A DNA stretch of 25,594 bases, from positions 1-25,594 of the forward strand of contig BTVV01000088.1 of NCBI GenBank assembly GCA_045863855.1, in the 5' to 3' direction. Source of the stretch: Planctomycetota bacterium. GTDB taxonomy: Bacteria > Planctomycetota > SZUA-567 > H5-PLA8. The notes under the pieces were generated by a model that did no database searches, was not told the origin of the DNA, and saw only the letters and a list, made by a program, of their open reading frames with translations. A program made the position numbers and the translations under genes. This document shows positions 23,191 through 25,594 of this stretch, one piece after another (positions within the stretch are counted from its first letter, which is position 1; every line of letters starts with the position of its first letter).

Positions 23191-23970
23191 CTAACCGCCG
23201 CCCAACCGCTTGATGCCTTCTCCCGAATCCAGACCCAGCGCCTTGGCATGGAAGGCCAGCGCCGCCACGATGTGCTTCTCCCAATAATCCCAGTCGTGCA
23301 CACCGGGATGCTCGGCGTAATGGTGCGCTACGCCCAGCTTCTCGAGGTGCGCGTGGAAGGCTCGGTTGTTGGCGATGAGATGATCGTCCAGGCCGCAATC
23401 GATCCAAAGCTTGGGCAAGCGCGTGCCGCGGCGCTTGTGATGCGCAGCCAAATGGAAGATATCGTGCGCGCTGCCTTTGGCTTTCGGGCCATAGATTTTC
23501 TTGAGCATCGCGCGGCGTTCGGGGCGAAACGGTTTGCTCAGGTCGAAGAGCGCGCCCGAATGGCTGTGCGCGCTGACAAAGAGCTCGGGATGCGCGAGAG
23601 CCGTACGCATGGCGCCGTAGCCGCCCATGGAGAGCCCGCCGATACAGCGCGCCGCGCGTTTGCCGATGGCCGGAAAGGTGCGTTCGGCGAAACCGATCAC
23701 GTCTTCCACCAAGTAGCGTCCGTAGGCCGCGCCGTCGTGGTTATCGGTGTAGAAGCCGCGGTAGCCGTCGGGCATGACCACGATGAGCGGAAGTTTGCGG
23801 ACGTACCATTCGATCCGCGTGCGGCGGTGCCAGATTGTGTAATCGTCGCTCAGTCCGTGGAGCAAATAGAAGACAGGGAACGGTCCGCGCCCGGTTTCGG
23901 GGACGATCGCGTTGAGCCCGACTTCCTTTTGGAGGACGGGACTGAAGAAGGATGCATGCAGGAATGCCAT
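23191..23970 (-). CDS. esterase family protein (tributyrin esterase / S-formylglutathione hydrolase-like alpha/beta hydrolase)
   Basis: Motifs FYLLHGLSDD, VVMPDG, IGGLSMGGYGA, IDCGLDD and PGVHDWDYW. A GGAGG RBS is present. Confidence 0.92.
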   Translation of the reverse strand: MAFLHASFFSPVLQKEVGLNAIVPETGRGPFPVFYLLHGLSDDYTIWHRRTRIEWYVRKLPLIVVMPDGYRGFYTDNHDGAAYGRYLVEDVIGFAERTFPAIGKRAARCIGGLSMGGYGAMRTALAHPELFVSAHSHSGALFDLSKPFRPERRAMLKKIYGPKAKGSAHDIFHLAAHHKRRGTRLPKLWIDCGLDDHLIANNRAFHAHLEKLGVAHHYAEHPGVHDWDYWEKHIVAALAFHAKALGLDSGEGIKRLGGG

Positions 23971-24158
23971 GAAAGCCTCCGTGAATTCGAAGTTGGGCAG
24001 GCTGGATCGCGGCCATCATGGCGTGAAGGCCTTACCTGTCCACGCCCAAACCTGCGCTTAAGTGCGCTAAAGTCGCGGAATCCATGAGCCCCGCTTGCGA
24101 GCAGGCGTAGACAGCAAGGTAGAGTGAACAGTCGTAGCGGCGCGCAAGGAGACCCTAC

Positions 24159-25376
24159 ATGGATCGGCCGGCACTTTGGGGCGATGCGCACACGCATTCG
24201 CATTACAGCGACGGCCTCTATGCGATCCCCGAACAGACACCGCACTACGAGTCGTTCGGACTCGACTGGCGCTTTCAGACCGATCACCACCTGATTCGCG
24301 TGCCTGAAGGCAAGGCCGCCGGCAAGTGGCTGCAATCCGCCGATTGGGAGCGCTACGCCGCAGATTGCCGCGCCGCCTCGAACGCGCGGCATCTGTGCAT
24401 CCCGGCCGTCGAATTGGGCTGGATCGTTGCGAAAGAACGCAACGCGAGCGAAGGCTGGTTCCACACCAAGCTGCATCCGCCATCGGGCGCACCGATCCCC
24501 GACGAATCCTTTTACGCGGGGCGCGACTACGTGAACACCATCCGGGCCTGTAAGGAAGCGGGTTACCGGACGATCGTTGCGCACATCGACCAAGGCGCGC
24601 CGCTCGAACGCTTCGACGGCTCGGAGATCGACGGGCTGGAGGTGCGCCTGGATATCGAGGAGCGGCGGCCGTTCTTCGCGCGCCCGAACCTGAAGCATTG
24701 GGATCGCATGTTGAGCGCAGGGCGGCGCATAAGCCTCTCCAGCGGCAGCGACGCGCATCAGCCGGACCTGTGGGCGGGCTCGGGCTTGCGCACGGTGGTG
24801 CTCGATACACCCTTCGAAGCCGATGCGATCGTCGATGCGGTGGTGGCCGGGCGTGCGTATCTCTCCGGGACTTGGCACGCCGACGCCTACGCCGAACTGG
24901 GCTGGCCGGCGCGGCCCAACCCCGTCGATAACGGCGCTTCGATCACGCATATGGTGCCGTGGTGGGAGTTCAAACAGTATCCGCTGCTTTCGGGGCGCGA
25001 GCCGAAAGCGGTGGTGGAGGAGGTTTACGCTCGAGCGCTCCAATCGGGGCGCGTGCGGCGCGAGGACCATCCGGTGCTGGACGCCTTCCGCGTGGGCACG
25101 GCCACTTGCGGCGGAACAGCCGCCGCGCAGCAGCACGAGGCGCTGATTGCGTTTCACACGCACGTACCGCTCAAGGCGCTGCGCTTGATCGCCGACGGCG
25201 CGACGGTTTTCGATTTGCCGCCCGGCCAAGCTCCACTGGGCGCAACCGAAGGCCGCCTGAGCGTGCCCGTCGATCTGCGCGGGAAGCGCTACGTTCGGCT
25301 GGAGTTGGAAGCCCAGGACCCCGCCGCGCCCGAATGTGTGGAGATTCTGGCCGGAAATCCTGTCTATCTCTCTTAA
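24159..25376 (+). CDS. PHP-domain metallohydrolase (CehA/McbA-like)
   Basis: Motifs WGDAHTHSHYSDG, TDHH, AVE, VAH, GLEV, GSDAH, IVDAVVAGRAY and a C-terminal YVRLE…NPVYL. An AAGGAG RBS is present. Confidence 0.85.
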   Translation: MDRPALWGDAHTHSHYSDGLYAIPEQTPHYESFGLDWRFQTDHHLIRVPEGKAAGKWLQSADWERYAADCRAASNARHLCIPAVELGWIVAKERNASEGWFHTKLHPPSGAPIPDESFYAGRDYVNTIRACKEAGYRTIVAHIDQGAPLERFDGSEIDGLEVRLDIEERRPFFARPNLKHWDRMLSAGRRISLSSGSDAHQPDLWAGSGLRTVVLDTPFEADAIVDAVVAGRAYLSGTWHADAYAELGWPARPNPVDNGASITHMVPWWEFKQYPLLSGREPKAVVEEVYARALQSGRVRREDHPVLDAFRVGTATCGGTAAAQQHEALIAFHTHVPLKALRLIADGATVFDLPPGQAPLGATEGRLSVPVDLRGKRYVRLELEAQDPAAPECVEILAGNPVYLS

Positions 25377-25416
25377 AAGGAAGCGCCCGCACGCCTAGCT
25401 CTGCAGTCTATTCCAC

Positions 25417-25445
25417 TTGCATTCGGCCAGTGCAAAGGCTAGAAG
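25417..25445 (+). promoter_or_regulatory. candidate tRNA promoter
   Basis: TTGCAT-17 nt-TAGAAG, ending 16 nt before the tRNA. Confidence 0.4.
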
Positions 25446-25461
25446 CGGCAAGACTTTGGTT

Positions 25462-25538
25462 CGGGGCGTAGCGCAGTTTGGTAGCGCGTCTGACTGGGGG
25501 TCAGAAGGTCGCAGGTTCAAATCCTGTCGCCCCGACCA
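25462..25538 (+). tRNA. tRNA-Pro (anticodon GGG)
   Basis: Acceptor stem CGGGGCG/CGCCCCG followed by ACCA. D-arm GCGC…GCGC, anticodon arm TCTGA-CTGGGGG-TCAGA, T-arm GCAGG-TTCAAAT-CCTGT. Length is 77 nt. Confidence 0.97.
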
Positions 25539-25594
25539 TTTTTCAAATCCGCCTGTTTCTGGAGCCAGTCGAACGGCGATCTCTTTGTGAGTTC

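Noticed and set aside
18819..25229. Long ORFs 18819-20222, 21110-22684, 22495-24087 (+) and 23850-25229 (-)
   Set aside because: They are antisense to well-supported genes (TPR protein, hpnB, rpsJ, esterase, PHP).
25462..25594. tRNA-Pro as an integration site; also a 9-bp inverted match between the window start (GGCTCCAGA) and 25559-25567
   Set aside because: No integrase or duplicated tRNA 3' end is visible, and only 56 nt of downstream sequence is available. A 9-bp match is expected by chance.

Overview
This is a GC-rich chromosomal window, probably from a Planctomycetota bacterium (inferred from gene types, not proven). The left end (1-2540) is an accessory polymorphic-toxin locus. It holds scrambled Rhs/YD remnants and an orphan Rhs core-end (…DPVNRWDPMGL) fused to a low-GC C-terminal HNH-like nuclease toxin, followed by a translationally coupled SMI1/KNR4 (SUKH) immunity gene. 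A third small gene resembles the toxin's own active-site module but has Phe in place of the conserved His. This toxin / immunity / pseudo-toxin triad is the best candidate for an undescribed system. The rest of the window contains a CheY-like regulator with a CHASE-PAS-PAS hybrid kinase, a TM2 protein, a WbpP/TviC-like epimerase, two Zn-ribbon proteins, a secreted alpha/beta hydrolase, a sialate O-acetylesterase, a small internally duplicated hypothetical protein and a nucleoside hydrolase. It also has a protein with two L7/L12-CTD-like domains, an AraC regulator with candidate 21-bp tandem operators ahead of an FAD oxidoreductase, a TPR membrane protein, an HpnB-like GT2, a stand-alone rpsJ closed by a terminator-like hairpin, an esterase, a PHP metallohydrolase and tRNA-Pro(GGG). 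All family calls come from reading motifs by eye; no database searches were run.
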